The position numbers and the translations under genes were made by a program. DNA of 64,000 bases from Polyangiales bacterium. Lineage in GTDB: Bacteria; Myxococcota_A; Polyangia; Polyangiales; Ga0077539. The stretch spans positions 448,001 to 512,000 of the forward strand of contig JBGARZ010000004.1 of assembly GCA_044229975.1 (NCBI GenBank), written 5' to 3'. Positions within the stretch are counted from its first letter, which is position 1. Each line of letters begins with the position of its first letter. The notes beneath the pieces are model-generated. The model was given only the letters and a program-made list of their open reading frames with translations. It ran no database searches and had not been told where the DNA came from. Below are positions 28,980 to 38,523 of the stretch, in pieces.

Positions 28980-30905
28980 CTACCGCGCGGCCGGAGTCGT
29001 CGCGGGTGCCGCTGGTGCGTTCACGTCGAACTCCACCCCGCGAATCGCCTCCACCAGTCGCACGCGGCGCTCGCCGATCTGCGTGTCGAGCTCGACGACG
29101 CGGCGGATGGTCTGATCGATCTCCGTCGCGGTGCGCGCGAGGCGGGCCGTGAGCTGCGCGCGGAGGTCGGCGGCCGCCGGGTTGCGCTGGATGGCGGTGA
29201 GGTTTCCGCGGGTCTCCTCGGCGCTGTTCTGGAGCTCGTCGCGGCGGGTGACCTGCTGGTCGCGCTGCGTGGTGAGGTCGGCGATCTGGCGACGCAGGTC
29301 GAGCGCGCCGCGCAACGTGGTGGCGAGCGGCTCGGCGGGGTGGCCGTCGCGCAGATACGCGGTGAGCGCATCGGCGGCCTGGTCGTTGGCGAGGTCGACG
29401 CCGACGGTGAACGCGGTGCGCGCGGTGACGACGATCTCGCTCCGGCCGTGGGCGTCGATGTTGGTCGGGACGAGGGCGTTGCCGTTGCTGTTCTCGGTTC
29501 CGGTCGGCGGCTCGAAGAGCACCGAGCTGCCGAGCGCGTGGCGGTAGAGCAGGCGCGCCGGGCGGTCGAGCCCGTTGCGGGCGCGGTAGGTGGTGCGGGT
29601 GACGCTGAAGCGCTCGATGGTCAGCGTGTCGCGCACCATGCGAACGAGCCGCGCGCCCTCCACCGCGTTGGTCTGCGCCGAGTCCACCGCGATGCCGCGC
29701 TCCAGCGAAAACGGAACCGTCGTCGTCGCCCCATCGGGCAGCGACTCCATCATCCCCTGACCGAGAAACGCGTTGCGCTCGAAGATGGCGATGGGGCCGC
29801 GCTCCAGCGTGCCGCCCGTGCGGTTTTCGAAGCGCGCGACGTGGAAGGGGTGCGACCCCGAGTCGCCCACGCCAGGGTCCGGCGCGAAGAGATACATCTG
29901 GCTGCCCGGAACCTGTCGCGACGTGAGCATCACCATCGTCGCGCTGCGGTCGGGCACGGTCACCGTCTGCGGCAGGTCGTAGCGGGTGGCGCCGCCCTGC
30001 ACCGCGAGCGCGGCCAGCGCGGCGAGGTTGCGCGGCGTCGACGACGGCGCTGGAGGGGCGGTCGGTGCGCCGCCCATGGCGTAGCGGGGCGCCGCCTGGG
30101 CCGCGGGGCGCATGGGCATCGCTCGACGACCCGCGCCGCCGCCCGCTGAGCCCGCGCGCGCGTGGCCGGGGGCGTTGGAGTTCATGAGGTCATCGAGGCG
30201 GCCTTCGGGCATCGGCTCGGCGGCGGGCGTCGGGGCCGGCGTGGGCTGCACCTGGGCCTGGTCCTGGGCGAGGGTGGTGTCGCTCTGCGGGACGGCGTCG
30301 ATGACGGCGCCGCGATCGGTCACCGTGGGTCGCAGCGGGATGACCGGCGTGGCGAGCTCGGAGCGAAACGACACCGGCGACCCCGACACCAGCGAGAGGT
30401 TGACGTTGGACCAGTCCTCGCCGGAGAGGTTCTGCACGATGCCCCACGCCTGCACCTCGGGCTGCTCGCCCTGGAAGACGAGGCGATAGGTGGGCCGCCA
30501 GATGGGGGTCTCGACGGTGTAGCCCACGGTGAGGTCGTGCTCGCGGCCGTCGAGCGCGAGTCGAACATTGCGTCGACGGTTGGGGTCGGGCGGTGTGTCG
30601 CCGACCTGCTCTTCGGGCATCGGGAAGGCCGCGGAGCGAACGCTGCTGCCGCCCGACTCCATCACGGCGAGCGTCGCGAGGAAGTCGCCCACTTCGTTCT
30701 GCGTGACGCGGAAGTTCACGGCGTCGCCTTCGACGCGGCCCTGGCGTTCGAAGTAGCCGACGCCGTTGCGGTAGACCACCACGCGGCGCAGCGGCAGCGT
30801 CGGGCCCGTCTCGACGGCGGGGCGTCGCGCGCATCCGACGGCGGAGAAGAGGGAGAGGGAGAAGGTGACGACCGCGAGCGCGCGGCGCGAACGAGTGTTG
30901 GGCAT
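28980..30905 (-). CDS. DUF4139/DUF4140-like lipoprotein with C-terminal coiled coil
   Basis: Lipobox SAVGC; LRRVVVYRNGVGYFERQG, PIWRPTYRL, VQNLSGEDW and RYDLP..VTVP. Confidence 0.78.
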   Translation of the reverse strand: MPNTRSRRALAVVTFSLSLFSAVGCARRPAVETGPTLPLRRVVVYRNGVGYFERQGRVEGDAVNFRVTQNEVGDFLATLAVMESGGSSVRSAAFPMPEEQVGDTPPDPNRRRNVRLALDGREHDLTVGYTVETPIWRPTYRLVFQGEQPEVQAWGIVQNLSGEDWSNVNLSLVSGSPVSFRSELATPVIPLRPTVTDRGAVIDAVPQSDTTLAQDQAQVQPTPAPTPAAEPMPEGRLDDLMNSNAPGHARAGSAGGGAGRRAMPMRPAAQAAPRYAMGGAPTAPPAPSSTPRNLAALAALAVQGGATRYDLPQTVTVPDRSATMVMLTSRQVPGSQMYLFAPDPGVGDSGSHPFHVARFENRTGGTLERGPIAIFERNAFLGQGMMESLPDGATTTVPFSLERGIAVDSAQTNAVEGARLVRMVRDTLTIERFSVTRTTYRARNGLDRPARLLYRHALGSSVLFEPPTGTENSNGNALVPTNIDAHGRSEIVVTARTAFTVGVDLANDQAADALTAYLRDGHPAEPLATTLRGALDLRRQIADLTTQRDQQVTRRDELQNSAEETRGNLTAIQRNPAAADLRAQLTARLARTATEIDQTIRRVVELDTQIGERRVRLVEAIRGVEFDVNAPAAPATTPAAR

Positions 30906-30986
30906 AGGCGTTGGGAGACCTCCGATGGGGCGGAGACCCCCGCGAGCCCCGAAGCATTGGGTGCCCGGCGCCGAGTCGGTGCCGCC

Positions 30987-31586
30987 CTACTGGACGTCGT
31001 ACACGAACGACCCGGTCACGTGTTGCTCTCCACCGGGCCCATCGAACTTCGCGTCGAAGTCGATGCGGCGGGTGTCGGGCGACGGGCCTTCGGAGACGTT
31101 GACGCTCACCTCGTCGGCGGGGCGGTCGTAGGTGAACTGGTCACGCCGCGGCCCCGAGCACCCGAGCACCGACACATGGAGTCCGCCCGCTCGCCCCGAG
31201 CTCGCGTTGAACACCAGCCGCGCGCCGGGGACGAGTCGCGGGTGGTGGAGCGTCCCCGAGACGGAGAGCTGGGTCATGGCCCACCAGCGGGCGGTGGTGT
31301 CTTCGGCGTCGATGCGAACGGTGCTGGTGGTGGTTCCGTAGTCGCTGCCGGTGACTTCGGCGGCGCGGCCCTCGAAGGCGCGCACGGTGCCGAGGTCGCC
31401 GCGGAAGACATCGGCCCGACCGCTCCAGCGCGAGAGGTTGGCCGACGACGACGAGCTCCCATACGAGGACGGCGGCTCCGTCGCGGTGTCGTCACGGTCG
31501 TCCGAGAAGTCGTAGTAACAGCCGCCCATCCCAAGGGCTCCCACCGTGGTCAGCAGGGCGCCGACGATCCATCGCGAGTACGTCAT
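30987..31586 (-). CDS. Hypothetical lipoprotein
   Basis: ATG 31586 with GGAGG RBS; lipobox GMGGC. Confidence 0.7.
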   Translation of the reverse strand: MTYSRWIVGALLTTVGALGMGGCYYDFSDDRDDTATEPPSSYGSSSSSANLSRWSGRADVFRGDLGTVRAFEGRAAEVTGSDYGTTTSTVRIDAEDTTARWWAMTQLSVSGTLHHPRLVPGARLVFNASSGRAGGLHVSVLGCSGPRRDQFTYDRPADEVSVNVSEGPSPDTRRIDFDAKFDGPGGEQHVTGSFVYDVQ

Positions 31587-31610
31587 TGAGTTCCTCCGCT
31601 CGGCGATGTT

Positions 31611-31626
31611 AGCGAAGTTGGTGCCA
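31611..31626 (-). promoter_or_regulatory. sigma54 (-24/-12) promoter of the 30987-31586 lipoprotein gene
   Basis: Minus strand TGGCACCAACTTCGCT = TGGCAC-N5-TCGCT with exact GG-N10-GC spacing; predicted start ~31600, just upstream of GGAGG. Confidence 0.7.
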
Positions 31627-31679
31627 GTGGTTGAGGGGCGCTGGCGGGTTGGTTCGTCGCGGCAGAAGGGCACCGCCGG

Positions 31680-32402
31680 TCACTCCCGGATGGCTACTGC
31701 AGCCGCCGCTGGGTCCAAGTCGAACTTCCACCTGCCGACCCGGTCTTCGCCGTCGAGCGCCTTGCCCAGCGCGTCGAGGTACTGCTGCCGCGTCCACGCG
31801 ACGGCGCCGAAGCGCTCCAGGTGGTCGGTGCGCGTCTGGCAATCCACGAAGTCGAAGCCCCACGCGTGGAGGTTGGCGAGCAGCGTCGCGAAGGCCACCT
31901 TCGACGCATCGGGCGCCCGCGCGAACATCGACTCCCCGAAGAATGCCCGCCCCAGCGCCAGCCCGTAGAGCCCGCCCACCAGCGTGCCGTCCTGCCACGC
32001 TTCGATGGAGTGGGTGTATCCCATTCGATGCAGCGCCACGAAGCCCTCGCGCAGCTCCGGGATGATCCATGTCCCCTGCTGGCCGGGTCGTGGCACCGCG
32101 GAGCAGCCGTCGATCACGGCCTCGAAGGCCGTGTCGCAGCGCACCTCGTAGATGCCCCGTCGCATCTGCTTCTTGAGGCTCTTGGGCAGATGCTCCCCGT
32201 CGCGCGGAACCACCCACCGCGGGTCGGGCGAGAACCAGAACAACGGCAGCGTGTCCGACAGCGGCCACGGGAAGATGCCGCTGCGGTACGCGAGGAGCAG
32301 CCGCGCGGGGGAGCAGTCGCCGCCGACCGCCACGATGCCGTCGACGTCCGCGCTGTGGGGGGAGGGGAACCGAAGGGTTGGGCTCAGCCAGCGAATGGCC
32401 AT
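31680..32402 (-). CDS. aat: Leucyl/phenylalanyl-tRNA--protein transferase
   Basis: GGDCSPARLLLAYRSGIFPW, WFSPDPR, HSIEAW, GGLYGL, FFGESMF, DASKVAF and DCQ. Confidence 0.95.
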   Translation of the reverse strand: MAIRWLSPTLRFPSPHSADVDGIVAVGGDCSPARLLLAYRSGIFPWPLSDTLPLFWFSPDPRWVVPRDGEHLPKSLKKQMRRGIYEVRCDTAFEAVIDGCSAVPRPGQQGTWIIPELREGFVALHRMGYTHSIEAWQDGTLVGGLYGLALGRAFFGESMFARAPDASKVAFATLLANLHAWGFDFVDCQTRTDHLERFGAVAWTRQQYLDALGKALDGEDRVGRWKFDLDPAAAAVAIRE

Positions 32403-32409
32403 CTGCCCA

Positions 32410-33069
32410 TCAATAGCTCGGCAGGGGCTGTCCGCGCACCCGCGCCAGGAGCGACGCGTACATATCGCGGACGTACGCCTCGGAGTCCGACGCGTTGGTG
32501 CTGATGGACTTGAGGTGCCGGACGATCTCGATCTCGGTCACGTCGGCCGTCACCTGCCGCGCGACGGCCGACCCGCTCATCAGGTCGATGAACGAGCTGC
32601 CGAAGGTCTTCTGGTAGCGCAGGCCCACCGCGGTGGGGACGGCCTCGGAGCCCGCGAGGGGGCCCAGCCGGTAGGACACGTCGAACTCCAGCGTGACCAC
32701 GTCGTTGACGACGTTGTGCACCCGGAAGCTGAAGGGGTACTCGGGCTCCGAGTCGTTGGTGGTCGTGAACTCGTCGACGCGCCGACGGTCGGTGTTGACC
32801 TCGGGGTCGCGCATCGCCTCGTAGACCCGCGCGAGGGGCGCGTGGACGTACGCGCGGCCGTGCGCCCAGTCGTACGCCGTGAGGTGACCCGAGCGCGTGA
32901 CGAGCACCTCGGGGTACGGGTCGGTCGCCGTCGCGGTGGGCGCCGGGGCGGTCACTTCTTCCAACGGTTGCAGCCCGGGCGCGAAGGCCGTCGCCTCGTC
33001 GCTGCCACAACCCGTCGTCGCCAGAGCGAAGAACACCAGACCCGACAAGACGAAGTTTCGTCGACGCAT
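32410..33069 (-). CDS. Hypothetical lipoprotein (possibly START/SRPBCC-like fold)
   Basis: MRRRNFVLSGLVFFALATTGC lipobox; VHAPLARVYEAMRD resembles an SRPBCC N-terminus. Confidence 0.6.
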   Translation of the reverse strand: MRRRNFVLSGLVFFALATTGCGSDEATAFAPGLQPLEEVTAPAPTATATDPYPEVLVTRSGHLTAYDWAHGRAYVHAPLARVYEAMRDPEVNTDRRRVDEFTTTNDSEPEYPFSFRVHNVVNDVVTLEFDVSYRLGPLAGSEAVPTAVGLRYQKTFGSSFIDLMSGSAVARQVTADVTEIEIVRHLKSISTNASDSEAYVRDMYASLLARVRGQPLPSY

Positions 33070-33136
33070 CACGCAACCGTATAACCCGATTGCGGCGGCG
33101 ACGCGACGAAGCGGCAACGGTGAAATCGCCTTGAAA

Positions 33137-33412
33137 TCAGGGTAGCTGCGGTTGCAGGGTGCCACCGTCGCGACGCACCGCGGGGGCGTTGCGAACCTCC
33201 GTGGGTGGGGTGTCGCTGCCGCCAAGGGACGCGCAGTTGGTGCCGCGGTCGACCTCCACGGCCGACCCGCCAGGGCCGTAGCAGACGTGGTTGGCCGGGC
33301 CGCTATCGGGCGCGACGACGGGTGTTGCGACACGCGCGTCGGGGGGCGAGGGAGCGCGCGACGGGCACGCCGTCAGGAGCAGAAGGACGGTGATGAAATA
33401 GGCGCGGCGCAC
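33137..33412 (-). CDS. Small putative lipoprotein
   Basis: VRRAYFITVLLLLTAC lipobox; short Pro-rich body with two Cys. Confidence 0.45.
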   Translation of the reverse strand: MRRAYFITVLLLLTACPSRAPSPPDARVATPVVAPDSGPANHVCYGPGGSAVEVDRGTNCASLGGSDTPPTEVRNAPAVRRDGGTLQPQLP

Positions 33413-33469
33413 GCCCGTGACGGTGTCACAGGTCACGCGCCGTGGGGGTCGCGATCAGTGGGCGACGGG

Positions 33470-33922
33470 TCAGGAGGCCGCGCTGGTTCCCTTCACCTCG
33501 ATGGTTCGCGCCTTCAGCTCGGCCCGCTTCGGGAAGGTGATGGACAGCACGCCGTTGTCGTAGCTGGCCGAGGCGCTGTCGCTGGCGACGCGGCCCGGCA
33601 GGCGGAAGGTGCGGGTGACCTCGCCGTAGCCGCGCTCGGCCAGGTGATAGACGGTGCGGCCGTCGTCGGCGGGCGCGGCGCGAGTGGCCTTGATGGTCAG
33701 CACGTTGTTCTCGACGCCGACCTGCACGTCGGAGGGAGTCACGCCGGGGAGGTCGACGCGGAGCGTGATGTTCTCGTCGGTTTCGAAGACCTCCGCGGGC
33801 GCCTCGGGGCGGGCACGGTGCGCGAAGGCGCGCTCGTGCTGCGCGTTGAAGAGGCGGTCGACCTCGCGGTCGAGGGTGCGGAGCGAGGAGTCGAGACCAA
33901 ACGGACGCCAGAGGGTCATCAT
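33470..33922 (-). CDS. Hsp20/alpha-crystallin small heat-shock protein
   Basis: EVFET, VDLPGV, VENNVLTI, ERGYG...RTFRLP and ASYDNGVLSITFPK...IEV. Confidence 0.93.
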   Translation of the reverse strand: MMTLWRPFGLDSSLRTLDREVDRLFNAQHERAFAHRARPEAPAEVFETDENITLRVDLPGVTPSDVQVGVENNVLTIKATRAAPADDGRTVYHLAERGYGEVTRTFRLPGRVASDSASASYDNGVLSITFPKRAELKARTIEVKGTSAAS

Positions 33923-34033
33923 GGTGGTTGCTGCCTTTCCGGCCGGAGCGGGTTTTCGCGTTGTGCTCCGGCGACAAACCCCAGCAGAAACACACCGCCG
34001 AGAGCGTCAAACGGGAGGGGAGATTTTTCTGCG

Positions 34034-34244
34034 GGCGCCGCGCTGACGCTGCGGCGTAGGCCCAGGCGGGGCGCCGCGCTGACGCTGCGGCGTAGGCCCA
34101 GGCGGGGCGCCGCGCTGACGCTGCGGCGTAGGCCCAGGCGGGGCGACACGCTGATGCCGCGGCGTAGGCCCAGAAGGGGCGCTGCGCTGACGCTGCGGCG
34201 TAGGCCCAGGCGGGGCGACACGTCGGCATGGGCCCTGAAGGGGG
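34034..34244 (+). repeat. Tandem array of a 36-bp palindromic repeat (5 units + degenerate sixth), no spacers
   Basis: Unit GGCGCCGCGCTGACGCTGCGGCGTAGGCCCAGGCGG starting at 34034, 34070, 34106, 34142, 34178 and 34214; shares a ~29-bp core with the 54-bp family. Confidence 0.92.
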
Positions 34245-34268
34245 CTGTGATAGTGTCGCGGCCCTCCG

Positions 34269-35645
34269 ATGCTCGCCCTGCTCGTCCGCGTCGACAATCT
34301 CCAGGACAACACCACCGAGTCGTTCGTGTTCGGCAAGACGCCGGTGCGCGTCGGACGCAATGCCCTCAACGACCTGCCGCTGAAGTTTCCCTTCGTCTCG
34401 CAGTGGCACGCCGTCGTGGCCTTCGATCAAAACGCCGCGGCCTACTACGACCTCGGCTCCACCAACGGCACCACCGTCGGCGGACAGCGCCTCGCGGCCA
34501 ACCAGGCCGTCGGCATCCCGGGGCCCGAGTACGAGTTCCGCATCGGCGCGCTGCGGCTCACCTTCCAGCGCGCCAACGTTCCCGAGAGCGCCATCACCGG
34601 CGGACCCAACGGCAACGCCGAGCAGACCTCCGTCGCCGCGGGCCTCATGCGCAACACGCAGCAGCGCGCGCCCGGCCACCCCTCGCTGGAGGGCGACGTC
34701 GCCTCCACCATGATGTTCGACGCCGCCTCCATCATGGCGGCGCACGGCGGCGCACCGCAGGCCGGGCCCACCGCGCGGCCCGCGATGATGGGCGCGGGGC
34801 GCAACCAGATCCTCGGCCTCCGCAACCACGTCCACGCCCACCGCCACGCCTGGAACGAACTCCAGCAAGCCCTCATGGGCGTGCTCTCGCAGCTCCCGCC
34901 CGCGCAGGTCCCGGCGGCCATCGCGCTCTTCGCGGAGACCTACCCCGAGGCCGCCCACGAGCCGCAGTTCAAGGCCTTCGCCCAACAGCAGAACGTCCCG
35001 CTCCCCAACGACGCTTCGGGCGGCGCCGCCGCGCAGCTCGTGCAGCAGCTCGCGCAGTACCTCGTGCCCAACCGCCCCGTGCCGCAGTCACCGCAGGAGA
35101 TGGAGGGCTTCCTCGTGCGCGCGCTCGCGGCGCTCGAAGTCTTCGGCACCGCGTACGTGAGCCTGCGTCGTAGCCAGGACGAGTTCGGCGTGGAGATGGT
35201 GGGCTCGTCGCGCCGCAGCGCCGACCCGTCGCCCGTCGAAGACCCGCAAGACCCGAAGACCCTCCTCGCCTACCTCCTCGACTGGACCGGCGACGGTGAC
35301 GCCCGGATGCAGCAGCTCCGCGGGCAGTACGCCGAGATCATGACCCACCAGGTCGCCCTCCTCGGCGCCGTGATGGAGGGCGTCCGCAAGCTGCTCCAGG
35401 TGCGGCTCGCGCCCGCGGGCATCGAGCGCCACGTCGATGGACAAGGGGGAGCGTTCAACTTCGGGCCCTTCAAGGCGGCCGCGGCGTGGAAGCGCTACCT
35501 CGCCCTGCACGACGAGCTCACCGAGGACAAGGAGATCACCTCGGCGATCTTCGGCCGGGACTTCGCCCGGGCGTACTCCGCGGCCCTCGGTGAAAACTTC
35601 GCTGACAATGATCCGAGGCGTGTACCATCCGGCCGCGGCCACTAA
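34269..35645 (+). CDS. tagH: Type VI secretion-associated FHA protein (TagH/Fha-like)
   Basis: N-terminal FHA (VGRN...VSQWHA...GSTNGT); C-terminal HQVALLGAVMEGVRKLL...LAP...AWKRY...FGRDFARAY, typical of TagH. Confidence 0.78.
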   Translation: MLALLVRVDNLQDNTTESFVFGKTPVRVGRNALNDLPLKFPFVSQWHAVVAFDQNAAAYYDLGSTNGTTVGGQRLAANQAVGIPGPEYEFRIGALRLTFQRANVPESAITGGPNGNAEQTSVAAGLMRNTQQRAPGHPSLEGDVASTMMFDAASIMAAHGGAPQAGPTARPAMMGAGRNQILGLRNHVHAHRHAWNELQQALMGVLSQLPPAQVPAAIALFAETYPEAAHEPQFKAFAQQQNVPLPNDASGGAAAQLVQQLAQYLVPNRPVPQSPQEMEGFLVRALAALEVFGTAYVSLRRSQDEFGVEMVGSSRRSADPSPVEDPQDPKTLLAYLLDWTGDGDARMQQLRGQYAEIMTHQVALLGAVMEGVRKLLQVRLAPAGIERHVDGQGGAFNFGPFKAAAAWKRYLALHDELTEDKEITSAIFGRDFARAYSAALGENFADNDPRRVPSGRGH

Positions 35646-35702
35646 GCGGGCCTATCGATGCCTTCCAGATTTCGGTAACGCCTTCGAGGGGTAGTGGTTC
35701 CC

Positions 35703-36770
35703 ATGAGAGTCCTGTCCACCCACGCGGTCGTTCGTTGGTTCGGGCTGTGCGCCGCGCTCGGCCTCGGGGGCGCCGTCGTGGCGTCCGCTTGCACCAGCAA
35801 CCGCCCGCCGCCTGCCGCCCCGCTCCCTGAGCCCGTGGTGTGCTCCGTCCGCGCGCCGCGCGCCGTCGAGGGCGCGGTGCCCACGTTGCGCGGCGACGAC
35901 TGGGCCCGGCTGATGATCCGCGGGTACACGCCCGGCATGGCGCAGGGCAACGTGCGCGACTGCACCGACCAGCCCATCGCGTGGCGCGAGCCCACCATCC
36001 GTTGCCGCGAGCCCGCCGAGCCCAGCAACCCGACCCCGCAGCGCCCGCTCACCGAAGACGACGTCATCGTGCAGCGCCTCGGGCCCACGCTGCGCCTCGT
36101 CTGGATCATCGTCGACCGCTTCGACAACGGCGAGGCCGTCGGCCCCGTGGCCCTCGCCGACTTCCAGCGCGAGCGCGTCGGCGTGCGCGCCATCGGCACG
36201 CTGCGAACCTTTCCCCGCCGGGCGCGTCTGCGCCTCGAAGCCATCGGCGCGCGGCGCGTGCTCATCGGCGAAGGGGAGGTCTGCTCGGACGAAAACAACC
36301 CGCTCACCTGCCGTCGCCAGGCGCGGCTGATGATGCTCCAGGGCGATCGCTTCGTGAACGAGCCGCTGCGCACGCCGAGCGGGCGTTGCCTCGGCCCGGC
36401 GCGCTTCGAGTTCAAGAAGGAGCTCTCCACGGTGCTCAACGAGACCGGCTGGGAGCGCACCTTCGAGTTGCAGACCGCGCTCCAGTACCGCGCCGAGGGC
36501 GTGCAGGTGAGCGAGCAGGTCATAGTCTCCGACCACGACCGCGCACGACCGCTCGTGCCCCCGCGCATCTTCCGCCGGGCGGCGGCTGACCGGGCGATCT
36601 ACGTCATCAACAACGCCTTCGTGTCGAGCGACCCTTCGCTCTGGAACCGCGTGCTCCGCGTCGACGCCCGCACCGGCTTCGTGCGGGATGCGGGCGTGGG
36701 TGACGCGAGCGCCGACGCCCCCGACGGCGACGACGAGACCGACATGGACCTCATCGGCAACGGCATCTGA
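35703..36770 (+). CDS. Hypothetical lipoprotein between the T6SS-related genes
   Basis: Lipobox VASAC; six further Cys; same strand as the tagH-like and sheath-like genes. Confidence 0.7.
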   Translation: MRVLSTHAVVRWFGLCAALGLGGAVVASACTSNRPPPAAPLPEPVVCSVRAPRAVEGAVPTLRGDDWARLMIRGYTPGMAQGNVRDCTDQPIAWREPTIRCREPAEPSNPTPQRPLTEDDVIVQRLGPTLRLVWIIVDRFDNGEAVGPVALADFQRERVGVRAIGTLRTFPRRARLRLEAIGARRVLIGEGEVCSDENNPLTCRRQARLMMLQGDRFVNEPLRTPSGRCLGPARFEFKKELSTVLNETGWERTFELQTALQYRAEGVQVSEQVIVSDHDRARPLVPPRIFRRAAADRAIYVINNAFVSSDPSLWNRVLRVDARTGFVRDAGVGDASADAPDGDDETDMDLIGNGI

Positions 36771-36820
36771 CCGCGGCCGTTTTCTCTCCCCTCCCAAAAG
36801 ATCCAACCACTGCTGGAGCG

Positions 36821-38470
36821 ATGGTGATGAGCACAGACGACAAGACGGGCGTGCGGGTGCGTTGGCTTGTGACCGGGGCGTTCACCGCGAACCCCGCGGG
36901 CAAGCGCTTCACGGTGACCCCGAGCAACTTCGCGTCGCTCCTCGAAGCGACGGGGCTCAAGGTCGACGCGTCGGTTCCTGACCGCCTCGGCGCGGGCGCC
37001 ACGCACGCTTATTCAGTGGGCTTCGGGTCGCTCAAGGCCTTTCAGGCGAGCGAGCTCATCGCGTCGGTTCCGGCGCTGGCGGGGCTCACGGCGCTGGGCG
37101 CGTCGCTCGCGCAAAACGACGCCACCAAGCGGCCCGACCCGGTGAGCGCGGTGGCGAAGGTCATCGAGCTGGTGGGCGACGGCAAGCTGGCCGCGGCGCT
37201 CAAGGCGAAGCTCAACCTGACTCCGCCGCCCGCTGCTGCGCCTGCCGCTCCTGCCGCTGCTCCCGCTGCGACGTCGCTCGACGCGCTGCTCTCGGGTGAC
37301 TCGACGCCGCTCTCGCCGCCCTCCGCGGGCGCGGCCGTGAGCAGCTTCCTCAAGGCAATGCGCGGGCCCTCGACGACGGCGACGCAGCCGGCGGCGGGGC
37401 GCGGCGCGCGTGACCTCATCGAGGCCGAGGTGTTCGGTACGGCGGTTGATCTGTTGAAGTCGGCGGAGGTGTCGCGGCTGGAGTCGGCGTGGCGCAGCCT
37501 GAAGCTGCTGGTCGATCAGTGCCCCGACAACGCGGGCATCCAGGTCGAGGTGGTGGACACCGACGCGGACGGGACGCTCGGCGCGATTCGCGCGGCGCTG
37601 CCGGAGGTTCCGGAGGACGAGGCGCCCGACGCGATCTTCGTGTTCGACGCGGTGGACGACCCGGAGCGGCTGCTGGCGCTCGCCAACGTGGGCGCGGACA
37701 ACGACATCCCCGTGGTGGCGGCCGTGACGTCGGCGGTGTTCGGCCAGAAGGACGTGCACGCGGTGTCGTCGCGCATCGAAGACGAGGACGGATCGTTGCC
37801 GTCGGCGTGGAGCGCGCTGCGCGATGACGATGCGGCGCGCTGGCTTTCGGTGACGAGCAACCGCCCGGTGGTTCGCACCGAGGGGACGGGCGCGCTGCGG
37901 CGCGTGGTGTTCGGGTCGCCGGTGGCGGCGCTCGGCGCGATGTTGTCGGCCAGCTATCACAAGAGCGGGGCCTTCGCGAAGATCCTCGGGCCGCAGGGCG
38001 CGCTCAAGGCTGCTGGCTCGTACGAGCTGCCGAGCGGGCGCGACGCGGGCACGCTGGTGCCGACGGAGGCGTTCTATTCGATCAGGGCGCAGAGCCGGCT
38101 CGGTGAGCTCGGGATCATCGGGCTCGGGAGCGGTCGCAACAGCGACTCGATCATCCTGTCGACGATGCCGACGGTGCGGAAGGGCGAGGACGTGGTTCCG
38201 CTCTCGGCGCAGGTGCTCACCGGGCGCGTGGTGCGGTTTGCGCGCTGGGTGCTGGCGCAGCTCCCGCCGGGCGCCGAGGAGCAGGAAGTGAAGCTGATGT
38301 TCGAGCAGGCGGCGTCGGTGTTCCTCTTCCCGACGGCGCAGGAGGCGTCACGGGTCGAGGCGCAGGTCGTGTCGCAGAACGGTCAGCGCAGCGTGGTGCT
38401 CTCGGTGAGCGCGCGTGCCGACCTGGCGGGGATCCCGTTCCACCTGGGGTTCGGTCTGCCGCTGAAGTGA
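36821..38470 (+). CDS. Fused TssB-like/TssC-like contractile sheath-related protein
   Basis: N-terminal RWLVTGAF...NFASLL...VPDRL...FGSLKAF...VPAL is TssB-like; after a P/A linker, LLKSAEVSRLESAWRSLKLLV...IQVEVVD and PTE...LGELGII are TssC-like. Confidence 0.68.
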   Translation: MVMSTDDKTGVRVRWLVTGAFTANPAGKRFTVTPSNFASLLEATGLKVDASVPDRLGAGATHAYSVGFGSLKAFQASELIASVPALAGLTALGASLAQNDATKRPDPVSAVAKVIELVGDGKLAAALKAKLNLTPPPAAAPAAPAAAPAATSLDALLSGDSTPLSPPSAGAAVSSFLKAMRGPSTTATQPAAGRGARDLIEAEVFGTAVDLLKSAEVSRLESAWRSLKLLVDQCPDNAGIQVEVVDTDADGTLGAIRAALPEVPEDEAPDAIFVFDAVDDPERLLALANVGADNDIPVVAAVTSAVFGQKDVHAVSSRIEDEDGSLPSAWSALRDDDAARWLSVTSNRPVVRTEGTGALRRVVFGSPVAALGAMLSASYHKSGAFAKILGPQGALKAAGSYELPSGRDAGTLVPTEAFYSIRAQSRLGELGIIGLGSGRNSDSIILSTMPTVRKGEDVVPLSAQVLTGRVVRFARWVLAQLPPGAEEQEVKLMFEQAASVFLFPTAQEASRVEAQVVSQNGQRSVVLSVSARADLAGIPFHLGFGLPLK

Positions 38471-38479
38471 CGGCGCGTT

Positions 38480-38520
38480 AGCGGAGTGGGGGCACTCGAC
38501 CAGTCCCCCACTGCTTCGCT
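38480..38520. terminator. Hairpin between convergent genes
   Basis: AGTGGGGG...CCCCCACT-type stem; no clear U-tract. Confidence 0.35.
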
Positions 38521-38523
38521 CCT

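Noticed and set aside
33923..34030. CIRCE/ROSE heat-shock element upstream of hsp20
   Set aside because: A hairpin (CCGGAGC...GCTCCGG) and a TTGACG box exist, but I see no CIRCE inverted repeat or clear SD-pairing ROSE motif.
34034..34244. 36-bp repeats as a CRISPR array
   Set aside because: Units are directly adjacent with no unique spacers, and no cas genes are in the window.
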